Source of the DNA: Alphaproteobacteria bacterium
GTDB lineage: Bacteria > Pseudomonadota > Alphaproteobacteria > CAAHEQ01 > UBA3637
DNA: 64,000 nt
Assembly (NCBI GenBank): GCA_045611705.1
Contig: JAZKXR010000007.1
Location: 248,662-312,661 of the forward strand
Direction: 5' to 3'
In this document: positions 31,862 to 41,529 of the stretch, one piece after another
How the letters are laid out: each line of letters begins with the position of its first letter
Numbering within the stretch: position 1 is the stretch's first letter
Notes under the pieces: generated by a model
What the model saw: only the letters and a program-made list of their open reading frames with translations
What the model was told of the DNA's origin: nothing
Databases searched by the model: none
Translations under genes and position numbers: made by a program

Positions 31862-32736
31862 CACAAGAAACACTGAATAAACGAATTAAAACAACAACAG
31901 ATTTGCGTGGTATCGTCAGCACCATGAAAATGTTGTCGTCTGTTTCTGTGGGACAATTTGAACGTGCTTTAAAATCATTAAATCAATATACGGAAAACAT
32001 TCAAAATGCCTTTCGTGGACTTTTTGCACAAGAATCTTTTCAATATACCCCCCCTGCTATACGTGCCAAAAACAAAAAGATTTTAGCCGTTCTAATTGGT
32101 TCTGACAATGGATTGGTTGGGCGTTTTAATCGTGATATTTTGGATAATATGAAAAAAACATTAATACCGATGACAGATAAAAATCAAATTAAGATTATCA
32201 GTATCGGCAAAAGATTATCCGCCATCATCCAAACAAACGGATTTCACTTATTGGCCCATTATAACAATTCAAACACGACCAAAGAGGTTTCAGCTTTGGC
32301 TGGTGCCCTTTTAACAAAAATACACCAATTGGTCAGCAAAGAACAATTTGATTGCGTTTGGTTGTTTTATACTACACGTCAAGATACCAAAACATCCATT
32401 ATCGGCGAACAACTTATCCCTTTCCAACAAAATTTATTGGATACGATTAAATCCAAAAAATGGGATGGACGAACTTTACCTTTAATCACGGCAGAACATG
32501 ATGAACTATTTTCCGCCTTGATTCGTGAACACTTTATCGTATCGCTGTCCCATGCATTGACGGCCTCTTTAGCAACCGAACATTATACTCGTATGATCCA
32601 TATGCAGCAAGCCGAAAAAAACATCGATGAAAAGTTGGCTGAATTGGAATTGATCTATCAACAAGAACGCCAAAATCAAATTACAAACGAACTGATTGAC
32701 ATTGTTTCAGGTGCAGAAGCCATCAATAAAAGTTAA
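31858..32736 (+). CDS. atpG: N-type ATPase gamma subunit
   Basis: 292 aa. Conserved gamma N- and C-terminal helices (...ITNELIDIVSGAEA). Overlaps the alpha stop. Confidence 0.85.
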   Translation: MTQETLNKRIKTTTDLRGIVSTMKMLSSVSVGQFERALKSLNQYTENIQNAFRGLFAQESFQYTPPAIRAKNKKILAVLIGSDNGLVGRFNRDILDNMKKTLIPMTDKNQIKIISIGKRLSAIIQTNGFHLLAHYNNSNTTKEVSALAGALLTKIHQLVSKEQFDCVWLFYTTRQDTKTSIIGEQLIPFQQNLLDTIKSKKWDGRTLPLITAEHDELFSALIREHFIVSLSHALTASLATEHYTRMIHMQQAEKNIDEKLAELELIYQQERQNQITNELIDIVSGAEAINKS

Positions 32737-32793
32737 AAAAACGCTTGACAAATATAGAAAAAATACATAAACTACCCCAAAAAAGGAGTTAAA

Positions 32794-33075
32794 ATGATAA
32801 AATCAGAATTAATTGAACGTTTGGCACAAGAAAGCCGTTTAAATAACGCAGATGCAAAAGTTGTTGTTGACACAATTTTTGATACAATCGTTCAAACATT
32901 AGCCAATGGCGGACGAGTAGAATTACGTAATTTTGGCATTTTATCATTAAAAACACGAAAAGCACGGATGGGCCGCAATCCAAAAACCGGTGAACAGGTA
33001 TTTGTGGGGGAAAAACGTATACCCTATTTTAAGCCTGGAAAAGCTGTCTTAAACGCATTGAATGGAAAAAAATGA
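32794..33075 (+). CDS. ihfB: Integration host factor beta subunit
   Basis: 93 aa collinear with E. coli HimD (MIKSELIERLA...GRNPKTGEQV...PYFKPGK). Confidence 0.9.
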   Translation: MIKSELIERLAQESRLNNADAKVVVDTIFDTIVQTLANGGRVELRNFGILSLKTRKARMGRNPKTGEQVFVGEKRIPYFKPGKAVLNALNGKK

Positions 33076-33917
33076 GTTGGATTTCCAATTTAACCAGACC
33101 AACTGTTAAAAAAATAGGTATCAGCAAGGATATCCCTGATAATTTTTGGGACAGATGCCCTAAATGTGGGGCTATGTTATTTCACAGCGAAATGACGAAG
33201 TCGTATTTTGTGTGCCCACATTGTGATTACCATTTTCGCTTACCCATTAAAGAAAGATTAAATCTTTTATTTGATAAAGCCGAATACAATATCATCCATT
33301 TGCCCAAAACAACAGAAGATCCATTGCATTTTCATGACATCAAAAAATATACCGACCGATTAAAAGATGCCCAAAAGAAGACAAATCAGGACGATGCAAT
33401 CACTGTGGCTCATGGTTTGATTGGTGGCAAACGTGCTGTCGTCGGTATATTCAATTTTGATTTTATGGGAGGTTCCATGGGAACAGCCGTAGGACAAGCC
33501 ATTATTACCGCATCAAAATTAGCCGAAATACAACAGGCTGCATTGATTTTAATCCCTGCCAGTGGCGGTGCCAGAATGCAAGAAGGCATTCTGTCTTTGA
33601 TGCAAATGGCACGTACAACCGTTGCTGTAAAAGAACTCAACAAAAAGAAAATTCCATACATTGCTGTTTTGACAAACCCGACAACAGGTGGTGTAACGGC
33701 TTCTTTTGCTATGTTGGCCGACATTACATTAGCCGAACCTGGTGCGGTCATTGGTTTTGCTGGGTCTCGTGTAATTGAACAAACAATTCATGAAACTTTA
33801 CCGCCAAACTTCCAAAAATCCGAATATCTGTTAGAACATGGTATGATTGATCAGGTTGTCAGCCGAAAGAATCTGCGTGATAAACTGATTCAAATTTTAA
33901 GCTTCTTTGACTTGTAA
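33072..33917 (+). CDS. accD: Acetyl-CoA carboxylase carboxyltransferase beta subunit
   Basis: 281 aa with an N-terminal Zn-ribbon CPKCGAMLFHSEMTKSYFVCPHCDYH and a carboxyltransferase domain. Confidence 0.9.
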   Translation: MSWISNLTRPTVKKIGISKDIPDNFWDRCPKCGAMLFHSEMTKSYFVCPHCDYHFRLPIKERLNLLFDKAEYNIIHLPKTTEDPLHFHDIKKYTDRLKDAQKKTNQDDAITVAHGLIGGKRAVVGIFNFDFMGGSMGTAVGQAIITASKLAEIQQAALILIPASGGARMQEGILSLMQMARTTVAVKELNKKKIPYIAVLTNPTTGGVTASFAMLADITLAEPGAVIGFAGSRVIEQTIHETLPPNFQKSEYLLEHGMIDQVVSRKNLRDKLIQILSFFDL

Positions 33918-33957
33918 TTTTCGTTTTATTCCCCATATATTCATGAAGGGGGAACAA

Positions 33958-34965
33958 ATGAAACGAATATTATTTTTTGATGCGGATGAAGATTTAAAAA
34001 AATTTGCCCAAAATTGCAAAATTGACGGCATTCAATACATCTTTTTTGATGAGCCGTTTTACAGTATCAAACCCAAGAAATTGGAAAAATTTTCAGATTC
34101 TGAAATCATTTCAGTTTTCACACATTCTTCACACATTCCCAATGAAAAACTGGATTTGTTTAAAAAGTTAAAACTGATAACAACTCGATCCACCGGCGTT
34201 AATCACATTGATTTAGATTATTGTAAAAAAAGAAAAATTTCCGTTTGTAACGTTCCCAACTATGGTGCGATTACTGTTGCCGAATTTGCCTTTGGTTTGT
34301 TGTTATCATTGACACGAAAGATTCCCAAAGCCAGCTTTGACATGCGTCAAGGCAATGTCTTTTTACCCAATTATACAGGTATAGATTTAAATGGCAAAAC
34401 CATCGGGGTTATCGGAACAGGCTCCATCGGGCGACATATTATTCAATTGGCAAAAGGTTTTGGCATGAAGGTCATTGCCTATGATTTATACCAAAATCCA
34501 TCTTTAAAAGAATTATACACGAATTCATTAAATCAGCTTTATCAAAAAAGCGATATAATTTCGTTAAATATACCATCCACGCCAGAAAATAGGCATTTTT
34601 TAAATAAAGAAGCCTTTTCAAAAATGAAAAAAGGTGTTTATATCATCAACACGGCACGTGGCGATTTAATTGATGCCGAGGCTTTATATCAAGCCATACG
34701 CAAAAAAATAGTGGCCGGTGCCGGCTTGGATGTGTTGGAAAATGAAGATTTTTTGTTGCATGATGAAGCGGAAACTTCCCCTAACCTGAAAAATTCGGAT
34801 TTTTTATTGACATCAGCCATTAATTTAAAATTGTTACAATGTCCCAATGTGATTGCCACACCACATATCGCCTTTAACACACATGATGCCATTTGCCGAA
34901 TCAACGCTACCACATGCGAAAATATCCGTGCATTTTTAAATAAAAACCCAATCAATTTGGTGTAA
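33958..34965 (+). CDS. D-isomer-specific 2-hydroxyacid dehydrogenase (LdhA/SerA-like)
   Basis: 335 aa from ATG 33958 (RBS AAGGGGGAA). NAD-binding motif GVIGTGSIGRHIIQLAKGFGMKVIAYD, and catalytic R/E/H region (ARGDLID, HIAFNT). Confidence 0.8.
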   Translation: MKRILFFDADEDLKKFAQNCKIDGIQYIFFDEPFYSIKPKKLEKFSDSEIISVFTHSSHIPNEKLDLFKKLKLITTRSTGVNHIDLDYCKKRKISVCNVPNYGAITVAEFAFGLLLSLTRKIPKASFDMRQGNVFLPNYTGIDLNGKTIGVIGTGSIGRHIIQLAKGFGMKVIAYDLYQNPSLKELYTNSLNQLYQKSDIISLNIPSTPENRHFLNKEAFSKMKKGVYIINTARGDLIDAEALYQAIRKKIVAGAGLDVLENEDFLLHDEAETSPNLKNSDFLLTSAINLKLLQCPNVIATPHIAFNTHDAICRINATTCENIRAFLNKNPINLV

Positions 34966-34970
34966 AAAAA

Positions 34971-35000
34971 GCCCCTTGAAATAAGGGGCTGATTTTATAA
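34971..35000 (+). terminator. Rho-independent terminator after the dehydrogenase gene
   Basis: AAGCCCCTT(GAAAT)AAGGGGCT followed by GATTTT. Confidence 0.65.
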
Positions 35001-35007
35001 TCTTTTT

Positions 35008-35298
35008 CTAACGACCTTCTCTTTTCATTTTATTCATGAGTGCTGTGTTTTCAGAGTTTTTCGGTTCAGATTCTCTTAAATTTTGATTAATTTGCATACT
35101 ATCATTATTTTTTCCATCCAAGGAAGCAGCCCTTAAACGTTGCGCCAGTGTTGATATTTTAGCAAGCCCTTTTTGTCTATCTACAACTTCGGTATGCAAT
35201 TGTTGCCATTGTTCCTCTGTAAGCTTTGCTTTGGGGTCTATGCCATGCCTCTTTCGAAATTCTGCGGTTTGTTTTGTTGTTATGAATGCTAATGCCAT
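35008..35298 (-). CDS. Hypothetical small protein (96 aa)
   Basis: ORF with a GGAG RBS context (AAAGGAGTAAAAAATG). No identifiable motif. Confidence 0.45.
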   Translation of the reverse strand: MALAFITTKQTAEFRKRHGIDPKAKLTEEQWQQLHTEVVDRQKGLAKISTLAQRLRAASLDGKNNDSMQINQNLRESEPKNSENTALMNKMKREGR

Positions 35299-35406
35299 TT
35301 TTTACTCCTTTGTTAATTGTTTGACATTATTTAAACGCAATTAAACCCACTGTAATCATACAGTGGGTTTATTATGCCAAGGCATAACTTAATTTGCAAA
35401 ACTACT

Positions 35407-35427
35407 TGTGTGTGTGTGTGTGTGTGT
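35407..35427. repeat. (TG)10 dinucleotide microsatellite, flanked by ~40-bp imperfect direct repeats (35321-35361 and 35443-35482) and a 10-bp-stem hairpin (35346-35371)
   Basis: Read directly: tgtgtgtgtgtgtgtgtgtgt. Direct repeats ttgacattatttaaacgcaattaaacccactgtaatcatac and ttgaccttTaacgcaatttaaacacattgtaatctgatc. Confidence 0.85.
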
Positions 35428-35552
35428 ACAAAATCCTTTTATTTTGACCTTTAACGCAATTTAAACACATTGTAATCTGATCTCCTTTCTTATGCCTTAT
35501 CCCCATACTAGCCAACTTTTCACCCTTTGTCAAGAGATTTATTCGGATTTTT

Positions 35553-35981
35553 TTAATCTTCAATTTCCATATCGGTTGTTTCAACTTCTTCGTTATCCGG
35601 CTCCGGTGATGGTAATACCTCTTCGGATATTGCTGGCGTTTCATGAACACATGAAACCACCCAAACATCATAGACCGCATCTTCCATGGCCGATATCGCC
35701 GGATTAGAAGAAAACATCCAACCCGAAAAAAGTTCTTTATCTTCTTGTACAATTCTTAAAAAAGCGGCATTTTCAGGTGTTTCTTCGGGTGTTTTTGTCA
35801 AACATTTATCCACCGTAATGGTCAATTCACCAAAATCAATGCTGGAACCAACGGGTAATGAAAGTTCTTTTACCCGACCAGTTACCTTATCCATCCCTTG
35901 TAAAATAACAGCATCAGTCGGAATTGTTGCTCCCAACACAGGAAACACCCATAAAATCAAAAGAAAAAACAGTTTTTTCAT
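35553..35981 (-). CDS. Secreted hypothetical protein with acidic C-terminus (142 aa)
   Basis: Signal peptide MKKLFFLLILWVFPVLGA and C-terminal run PSPEPDNEEVETTDMEIED. Last gene of the hprK-manX-ptsH-mce-mce string. Confidence 0.55.
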   Translation of the reverse strand: MKKLFFLLILWVFPVLGATIPTDAVILQGMDKVTGRVKELSLPVGSSIDFGELTITVDKCLTKTPEETPENAAFLRIVQEDKELFSGWMFSSNPAISAMEDAVYDVWVVSCVHETPAISEEVLPSPEPDNEEVETTDMEIED

Positions 35982-35987
35982 ATCGTC

Positions 35988-36431
35988 CTACTTTGTGGAT
36001 AAAAAGATAAATTCAGAAACATTGTCTTCCAAAGATTTATAGTTTTTGGTATTCAACATTTTATCACCGTCTTTTAATAAAGCACGGCTTTTGCCCGGTT
36101 CCAAACGCACATATTTATCCCCCATTAAGCCAGCATCGGCAATGGCCGCCACCGTATCAATAGGCAACGAAATACTGGAATCAATGCTTAACAAAACATC
36201 GGCCGTATAATCATCCTGATTTAATTGGGTTTTCATAACAGTGCCAACCTTTATGCCCGAAATCATCACGTCAGATCCAACCTGTAACCCTCCAATTTTT
36301 GAAAAATTAGCCAATACATGATATCCTTGTACTTGACGGGTATCCACCCTGCCCGCTGCATAAAACATAAACACAACAGCAAATGCCAACACACAAAAAC
36401 CTAAAATTGTTTCAATAGGATTCTTCTTCAT
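35988..36431 (-). CDS. MCE-domain protein (MlaD-like), paralogue 2
   Basis: N-terminal TM helix plus MCE fold sequence (GLQVGSDVMISGIKVGTV...LSIDSSISLPIDT). Confidence 0.7.
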   Translation of the reverse strand: MKKNPIETILGFCVLAFAVVFMFYAAGRVDTRQVQGYHVLANFSKIGGLQVGSDVMISGIKVGTVMKTQLNQDDYTADVLLSIDSSISLPIDTVAAIADAGLMGDKYVRLEPGKSRALLKDGDKMLNTKNYKSLEDNVSEFIFLSTK

Positions 36432-36906
36432 TTAATTCTCCTTTTTCTTCATTTTTATTTTTTTTGTTCGCCATAAAGGCATTCAGCTTTTCTAACAATT
36501 CATCCAATAACAATGCGTCTTGGGCATACGCAATTGTATCACCTGTCAACAGCAATTCTTCATCTCCACCTGGTATTAATTCAATATGTTTGGAACCAAA
36601 AATGCCGTCTGTTTCAATGGATACCGACGTATCAATCGGAAAATCAAATTTTTTATCAAATGCCAATGTAGCACGAACCAAATATTCTTCACCAAAATCC
36701 ATAGCAAAAACACGACCAATCGGCAAGCCAGATAAACGCACAGGTGCTCCTAGATTTAAACCATCCGTTTTTGAAAAATAAGCATATAAAATAAAATCTT
36801 GTTTTTTTTGTTGCTTGATAGAGCTGTTATGAGCCCAAACCAACCACACACCCAACAGGCATATCAAAAGGAAACCTACCAATATTTTTTGCCATTTATC
36901 CGTCAT
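36412..36906 (-). CDS. MCE-domain protein (MlaD-like), paralogue 1
   Basis: N-terminal TM helix plus MCE fold (GLNLGAPVRLSGLPIGRV...FDFPIDTSVSIETDGIFG). Its start overlaps the ptsH stop (ATGA). Confidence 0.7.
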   Translation of the reverse strand: MTDKWQKILVGFLLICLLGVWLVWAHNSSIKQQKKQDFILYAYFSKTDGLNLGAPVRLSGLPIGRVFAMDFGEEYLVRATLAFDKKFDFPIDTSVSIETDGIFGSKHIELIPGGDEELLLTGDTIAYAQDALLLDELLEKLNAFMANKKNKNEEKGELNEEESY

Positions 36907-37181
36907 GCATCTTCCCCAAATTTATTATTGACCAAATCTATCAATTTTTCCAAAATTTCATCCGAAGATTCACCTTCGGCTTCAATGGTTAAAGTTGTCC
37001 CCATAGAAGCCCCCAACATCAATAATCCCATAATTGATTTTCCGTTGACACGCAAACCTTGTTCATTGGTCACATACACTTCACCCGAAAAATTATCAGC
37101 CAATTTTACAAACTCAGCCGTTGCCCGAGCATGTAAGCCTCGCACATTTTGAATTTTAACTGTTTTTTGCTTTGTTGTCAT
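36903..37181 (-). CDS. ptsH: Phosphocarrier protein HPr
   Basis: 92 aa with the HPr active-site region NVRGLHARATAEFV (His15 equivalent) and Ser46 region. Confidence 0.85.
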   Translation of the reverse strand: MTTKQKTVKIQNVRGLHARATAEFVKLADNFSGEVYVTNEQGLRVNGKSIMGLLMLGASMGTTLTIEAEGESSDEILEKLIDLVNNKFGEDA

Positions 37182-37578
37182 TTTTCTTTCCTAAAAATTG
37201 AGAAGCAACCATTATATAATGTTGTCCAGATTCAGATGATTGTTGTACAGCATCCATTAGTTTTTTCTTGCGCATACGAACCAACTTTACAATCATTGGT
37301 ATATTCATTCCTGAAATCACTTCCACCCGACCTTCTTGCATCAAGGATATAGCTAAATTTGAAGGTGTTCCACCAAACATATCCGTCAACAAAACAACGC
37401 CTTTACCTTTATCAACCTGATTTATTTTTCGGGCAATTTCCTGACGTTTTTCTTCAATATCATCCATCGGATTAACCGAAACGCAGGCAACATCGGGCAA
37501 AGGACCGACAACATGTTCAGCAACCGATTTCATTGATTCGGCTAATTGGTTATGTCCCACCAATACGACACCTAGCAT
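37156..37578 (-). CDS. manX: PTS EIIA component, mannose/fructose family (ManX-like)
   Basis: 140 aa EIIA-Man fold, MLGVVLVGHNQLAESM with an active-site His. Confidence 0.8.
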   Translation of the reverse strand: MLGVVLVGHNQLAESMKSVAEHVVGPLPDVACVSVNPMDDIEEKRQEIARKINQVDKGKGVVLLTDMFGGTPSNLAISLMQEGRVEVISGMNIPMIVKLVRMRKKKLMDAVQQSSESGQHYIMVASQFLGKKNDNKAKNS

Positions 37579-37581
37579 AAC

Positions 37582-38013
37582 TTACTCCTTTAACAGGGTT
37601 AAATCTTTATTTAATACTTTCAATGCATATAATACTTGAATAAAATTTGTTTCGCAAGCATAAAAATCAAAAACAGGTATTTTTTTCCCCATTAAATCTG
37701 TTGTTTGAAATTCAGGCAGACGCTCTGTTTTTTGGGGATGCAGGCGAATTTGACAAGCAATTTTTGTGGCACCTTTTACCTTTAAACCGGCAACCAAACC
37801 CAAACCTCTCACCTCAACAACACCTTTAAGTCTTTCTTTAGCTTTACAATATAATTGATTGTTTTTTATAAAAATTTCAACAACATCGTCACCTATCAAT
37901 CTTGCCCCGTTTTCAATCAAACGCAAAGCCAATGTTGTTTTACCAATACCAGCAGGACCTGTAATTAAAACAGCCTGATTTTTATATGAAACAGCTGTTG
38001 ATTGAAAATCCAA
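37582..38013 (-). CDS. hprK: HPr kinase/phosphorylase, short alphaproteobacterial form (C-terminal kinase domain only)
   Basis: P-loop GPAGIGKTTLALRLIENGARLIGDD and VEVRGLG motifs. Probable TTG start near 38013 with GGAG upstream. The ORF-track N-terminus (MGSNPAE..., to 38061) is the antisense of the tRNA-Arg T-arm and is not believable. Confidence 0.7.
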   Translation of the reverse strand: MDFQSTAVSYKNQAVLITGPAGIGKTTLALRLIENGARLIGDDVVEIFIKNNQLYCKAKERLKGVVEVRGLGLVAGLKVKGATKIACQIRLHPQKTERLPEFQTTDLMGKKIPVFDFYACETNFIQVLYALKVLNKDLTLLKE

Positions 38014-38036
38014 ATCCTTAACTCCATAAAAGATGC

Positions 38037-38110
<74 letters not shown>

Positions 38111-38115
38111 AATTT

Positions 38116-38373
38116 TTATTTACGCCCACTGGCCACCAGATATTCGCAAAACATCCGAAGCAGAGCAAATTCAGCAAAAATACCTATCAGGGCGAGCACA
38201 AATTCAGATATTTCCAATTCATACAACAAATACAAAGCACCCAATGTAGCCAATATCAAAATCACCAAACCAATAATATAAATCAATCGAGCAAAAGGCG
38301 TTAAACTGGGAGCCAATTTCTTTGTCAAAATCGGTTCGTCCAAATTCATCAGATTTTTAAAAAGTTCTTTCAT
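38116..38373 (-). CDS. Small membrane protein (85 aa), hypothetical
   Basis: Two hydrophobic helices (LIYIIGLVILILATLGALYLLY; FVLALIGIFAEFALL). RBS AAGGAGGG before ATG. Confidence 0.5.
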   Translation of the reverse strand: MKELFKNLMNLDEPILTKKLAPSLTPFARLIYIIGLVILILATLGALYLLYELEISEFVLALIGIFAEFALLRMFCEYLVASGRK

Positions 38374-38439
38374 AATATTTCCCTCCTTTATTTAAATAGT
38401 AATGAATATCTTTTTTTCAAAATCTTATCAGATGATAAA

Positions 38440-39918
38440 TTATTTTTTCCGCATCGTCGGGAAAGCCAACACATCACGGATGGATGTATTTCCCGTCAAG
38501 AACATCACCAAACGGTCAATACCGATACCCATACCACCGGTTGGAGGCAAACCATGTTCCAAAGCTTGAACAAAATCATCATCCATCATATCAGCTTCTT
38601 CATCACCGGCTTCACGGGCGGCAACCTGTTCTTCAAAACGTTCACGTTGATCCAATGGGTTTGTCAATTCGGAATAAGCATTTCCCATTTCTTTACCATT
38701 GATATAAGGTTCAAACTGTTCCACCAAGCGTGGCTCAGTACGGTGAGTTTTGCACAAAGGATTCAATGATTTGGGATGATCCATCACAATAGTCGGCTGA
38801 ATCAAATATTCTTCACATTTTTCTTCAAAAACAGCCGCCATACAATGCCCCCAATCATCTGTTTCATCCACATGAACGCCCAATTTTTCGGCTTCAATTC
38901 TGGCTTGCTCATCTGTTTCAATGGCCATAAAATCAACGCCAGCATATTTTTTAATCATATCATTCATGGTAACACGGGCAAAAGGTTGAGATAAATCAAA
39001 TTGTTTACCATCATATTCCAATTGCAAAGAACCATTGACATCCAAACATGCCTTACGAACAATTTCTTCAAATAAGTCGGCCATATCATTATAATCCATG
39101 TAAGGAATATACAATTCTAATCCCGTAAATTCAGGATTGTGCGTTGTATCCATACCTTCATTACGGAAGTTTCTGGCAAATTCAAAAACACCGGGCATAC
39201 CACCGACAATCAAACGTTTTAAGAATAATTCCGGGGCCACACGCAAGAACAATTCCATATCCAAGCTGTTGTGATGTGTAATAAAGGGCTTAGCTGTTGC
39301 ACCGCCTTTAATTGTTTGTAAAACAGGTGTTTCAACCTCAAACAAACCTTTTTCACGCAACAATTGACGGATAGATTCAATAATCTGACTGCGCTTAATC
39401 AAGGTCTGAATTGTTTCAGGATTCATAATCATATCCAATTCACGGTGGCGATACTTTGTATCCGTATCCGTCAAACCGTGGAATTTTTCGGGAAGTGGCA
39501 ACAAAGCCTTTGCTAACATGGTAATTTGTTGGGTATTGACGGACAACTCACCACGTTTTGTTCTGCGAACTGTTCCTTGGATACCAATCATATCCCCGAT
39601 ATCAATCATATCCAACATTTCCAAAACAGCCGAATCTGAATGTTCTTTGGAAGTATAAATTTGGACTTTTCCGGTTACATCGTAAACATCCATAAACATA
39701 CCGGAGTTACGAATGGCACGCACACGACCAGCCACCTGAACAACATCTTCTGTTTGTGTATCTGGCGCTAAATCAGCGTATTTCTTTGCCAAAGAAGCAC
39801 TGGTTGCTGTTGGTTTAAAAGTATGTGGATACGGATTTATTCCTTTATTTTCCAAAGCACGCAGTTTATTCAAACGAACCTGACGTTGTTCATGTCCCAA
39901 ATTTTCTTCCATTGCCAT
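38440..39918 (-). CDS. lysS: Lysine--tRNA ligase (class II)
   Basis: 492 aa with class II motifs 1-3 (FLEVETPVL; ...RNEGMDTTHNPEFT...; GGMGIGIDRLVM). Confidence 0.95.
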   Translation of the reverse strand: MAMEENLGHEQRQVRLNKLRALENKGINPYPHTFKPTATSASLAKKYADLAPDTQTEDVVQVAGRVRAIRNSGMFMDVYDVTGKVQIYTSKEHSDSAVLEMLDMIDIGDMIGIQGTVRRTKRGELSVNTQQITMLAKALLPLPEKFHGLTDTDTKYRHRELDMIMNPETIQTLIKRSQIIESIRQLLREKGLFEVETPVLQTIKGGATAKPFITHHNSLDMELFLRVAPELFLKRLIVGGMPGVFEFARNFRNEGMDTTHNPEFTGLELYIPYMDYNDMADLFEEIVRKACLDVNGSLQLEYDGKQFDLSQPFARVTMNDMIKKYAGVDFMAIETDEQARIEAEKLGVHVDETDDWGHCMAAVFEEKCEEYLIQPTIVMDHPKSLNPLCKTHRTEPRLVEQFEPYINGKEMGNAYSELTNPLDQRERFEEQVAAREAGDEEADMMDDDFVQALEHGLPPTGGMGIGIDRLVMFLTGNTSIRDVLAFPTMRKK

Positions 39919-40062
39919 TTTATATCCTTTCTGTTATTATAATGGTATAGAATACATATTTTCAAACTAAATGTCAAATATTATTAGATAAAAATCTTTT
40001 TATTTTACTGGACAACGTTTTTATTTTATGCTAGATTATCTTTCATCAGAAAGGAAAACCAA

Positions 40063-40884
40063 ATGAATGATATAAACTCAAACATACAAGAAAACATCTT
40101 ATCCTCAGACGAAAAACGCATTCGCCAAGAAAAAATTGATGCATTAAATCGCCGACTGTTACGCGAAGAAAAAGAACGCAAAAGCGGATGGAAGGGAATT
40201 TTTTGGACTGTTATTGTTGCATTAGCTATTCGTTCTTTGGTTTTTGAACCATATAATATTCCATCCAGTTCAATGGTTCCGACCTTGTTGGTTGGGGATT
40301 ATTTGTTTATCACAAAGTTTGATTATGGGTATTCACGACACTCTTTTCCTTTTTCAATTCCTTTAATTCCTTTCGGTCGGATATTTTATAACGAACCAAA
40401 ACAAGGTGACGTTGCCGTTTTCAAGAAACCACCAGAAAATAAAACGGATTATGTCAAACGTATCATAGGTATGCCGGGTGATACAATTCAAATGCGTGCA
40501 GGACGGTTGTATATCAACGATCAAATGGTTCCGCGTGAATTTAAAGGCCAAGAATTATGGAATACAGAATTGGGCGAACAACTTTACACACGTTACACAG
40601 AAACATTACCTAATGGTGTAGTCCACGATATTTATGAATTAACCGATGAAAATAAATATGATGACACCCCTAAAATTGAAGTTCCGCCAGATTCATTTTT
40701 TATGATGGGTGACAATCGCGATAATTCTTTGGACAGTCGAGAATTTGGACCTGTTTCCGCTACAAACCTAGAAGGAAAATCCCGTTTAATTTTCTATTCT
40801 ACCGATGGGAACGGCTGGTTCTTCCAATTTTGGCGTTGGAAAGAATTCTTGCGTTTAGAACGTTTCTTTACGGATATCAAATAG
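40063..40884 (+). CDS. lepB: Signal peptidase I
   Basis: 273 aa with the SPase I catalytic Ser box (IPSSSMVPTLLVGDYLF), Lys box (YVKRIIGMPGD) and GDNRDNSLDSR box. Confidence 0.95.
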   Translation: MNDINSNIQENILSSDEKRIRQEKIDALNRRLLREEKERKSGWKGIFWTVIVALAIRSLVFEPYNIPSSSMVPTLLVGDYLFITKFDYGYSRHSFPFSIPLIPFGRIFYNEPKQGDVAVFKKPPENKTDYVKRIIGMPGDTIQMRAGRLYINDQMVPREFKGQELWNTELGEQLYTRYTETLPNGVVHDIYELTDENKYDDTPKIEVPPDSFFMMGDNRDNSLDSREFGPVSATNLEGKSRLIFYSTDGNGWFFQFWRWKEFLRLERFFTDIK

Positions 40885-40893
40885 GAAATAAGA

Positions 40894-41529
40894 ATGGATA
40901 AAATTATTTCTCTTTTCAAAAATAAAGATTTATATTATCAAGCTACAAAATTAGCTTTAAACGGTCAAAAATCAGGTTATGAAAGATTGGAATTTTTGGG
41001 TGACCGTGTTTTGGGAATAGTTGTGGCCGAAATGCTTTATAACGCCTATCCAAATGAAGCCGAAGGATTACTGGCAAAACGATTTGTTGCTTTAACATGC
41101 GGAAAAACACTGGCAAAAGTAACAAAAACATGGGATTTAGAAAGTTTTAGTGAAAAATCAGCCCATTGTATTCGACATAATAAATCTATTTTATCAGATG
41201 TCTGCGAATCCGTTATTGGGGCACTTTATTTGGATCAAGGCTTACAGGTCGTCAAAGACTTCATCGTTCCAATTTGGGAACCTTTGATGCTTTCCTATGA
41301 ACATGCCCCGCAGGATTCAAAATCCCACTTACAAGAATATTGTCAAAAAAATTTCGGTGTCCTACCCACTTATACCTTGATAGAACAACATGGCCAGGCC
41401 CACGCACCAGAATTTCTTGTAAAATTACAGGCTGGTCCTTATATAAAAATGGCCAAAGGAAGCTCTATCAAAAAAGCAGAACAGGAAGCCGCCTATTTAA
41501 CTTTACAGGAAATAGAACATGACAACTAA
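40894..41529 (+). CDS. rnc: Ribonuclease III
   Basis: 211 aa with the RNase III signature ERLEFLGDRVL and a C-terminal dsRBD. Confidence 0.95.
   Translation: MDKIISLFKNKDLYYQATKLALNGQKSGYERLEFLGDRVLGIVVAEMLYNAYPNEAEGLLAKRFVALTCGKTLAKVTKTWDLESFSEKSAHCIRHNKSILSDVCESVIGALYLDQGLQVVKDFIVPIWEPLMLSYEHAPQDSKSHLQEYCQKNFGVLPTYTLIEQHGQAHAPEFLVKLQAGPYIKMAKGSSIKKAEQEAAYLTLQEIEHDN

Noticed and set aside
35402-35752. Minus ORF 35402..35752 ending ...THTHTHK
   Set aside because: Its C-terminus is simply the (TG)10 microsatellite read in frame. It overlaps the signal-peptide-bearing gene 35553..35981 in another frame and has no RBS.
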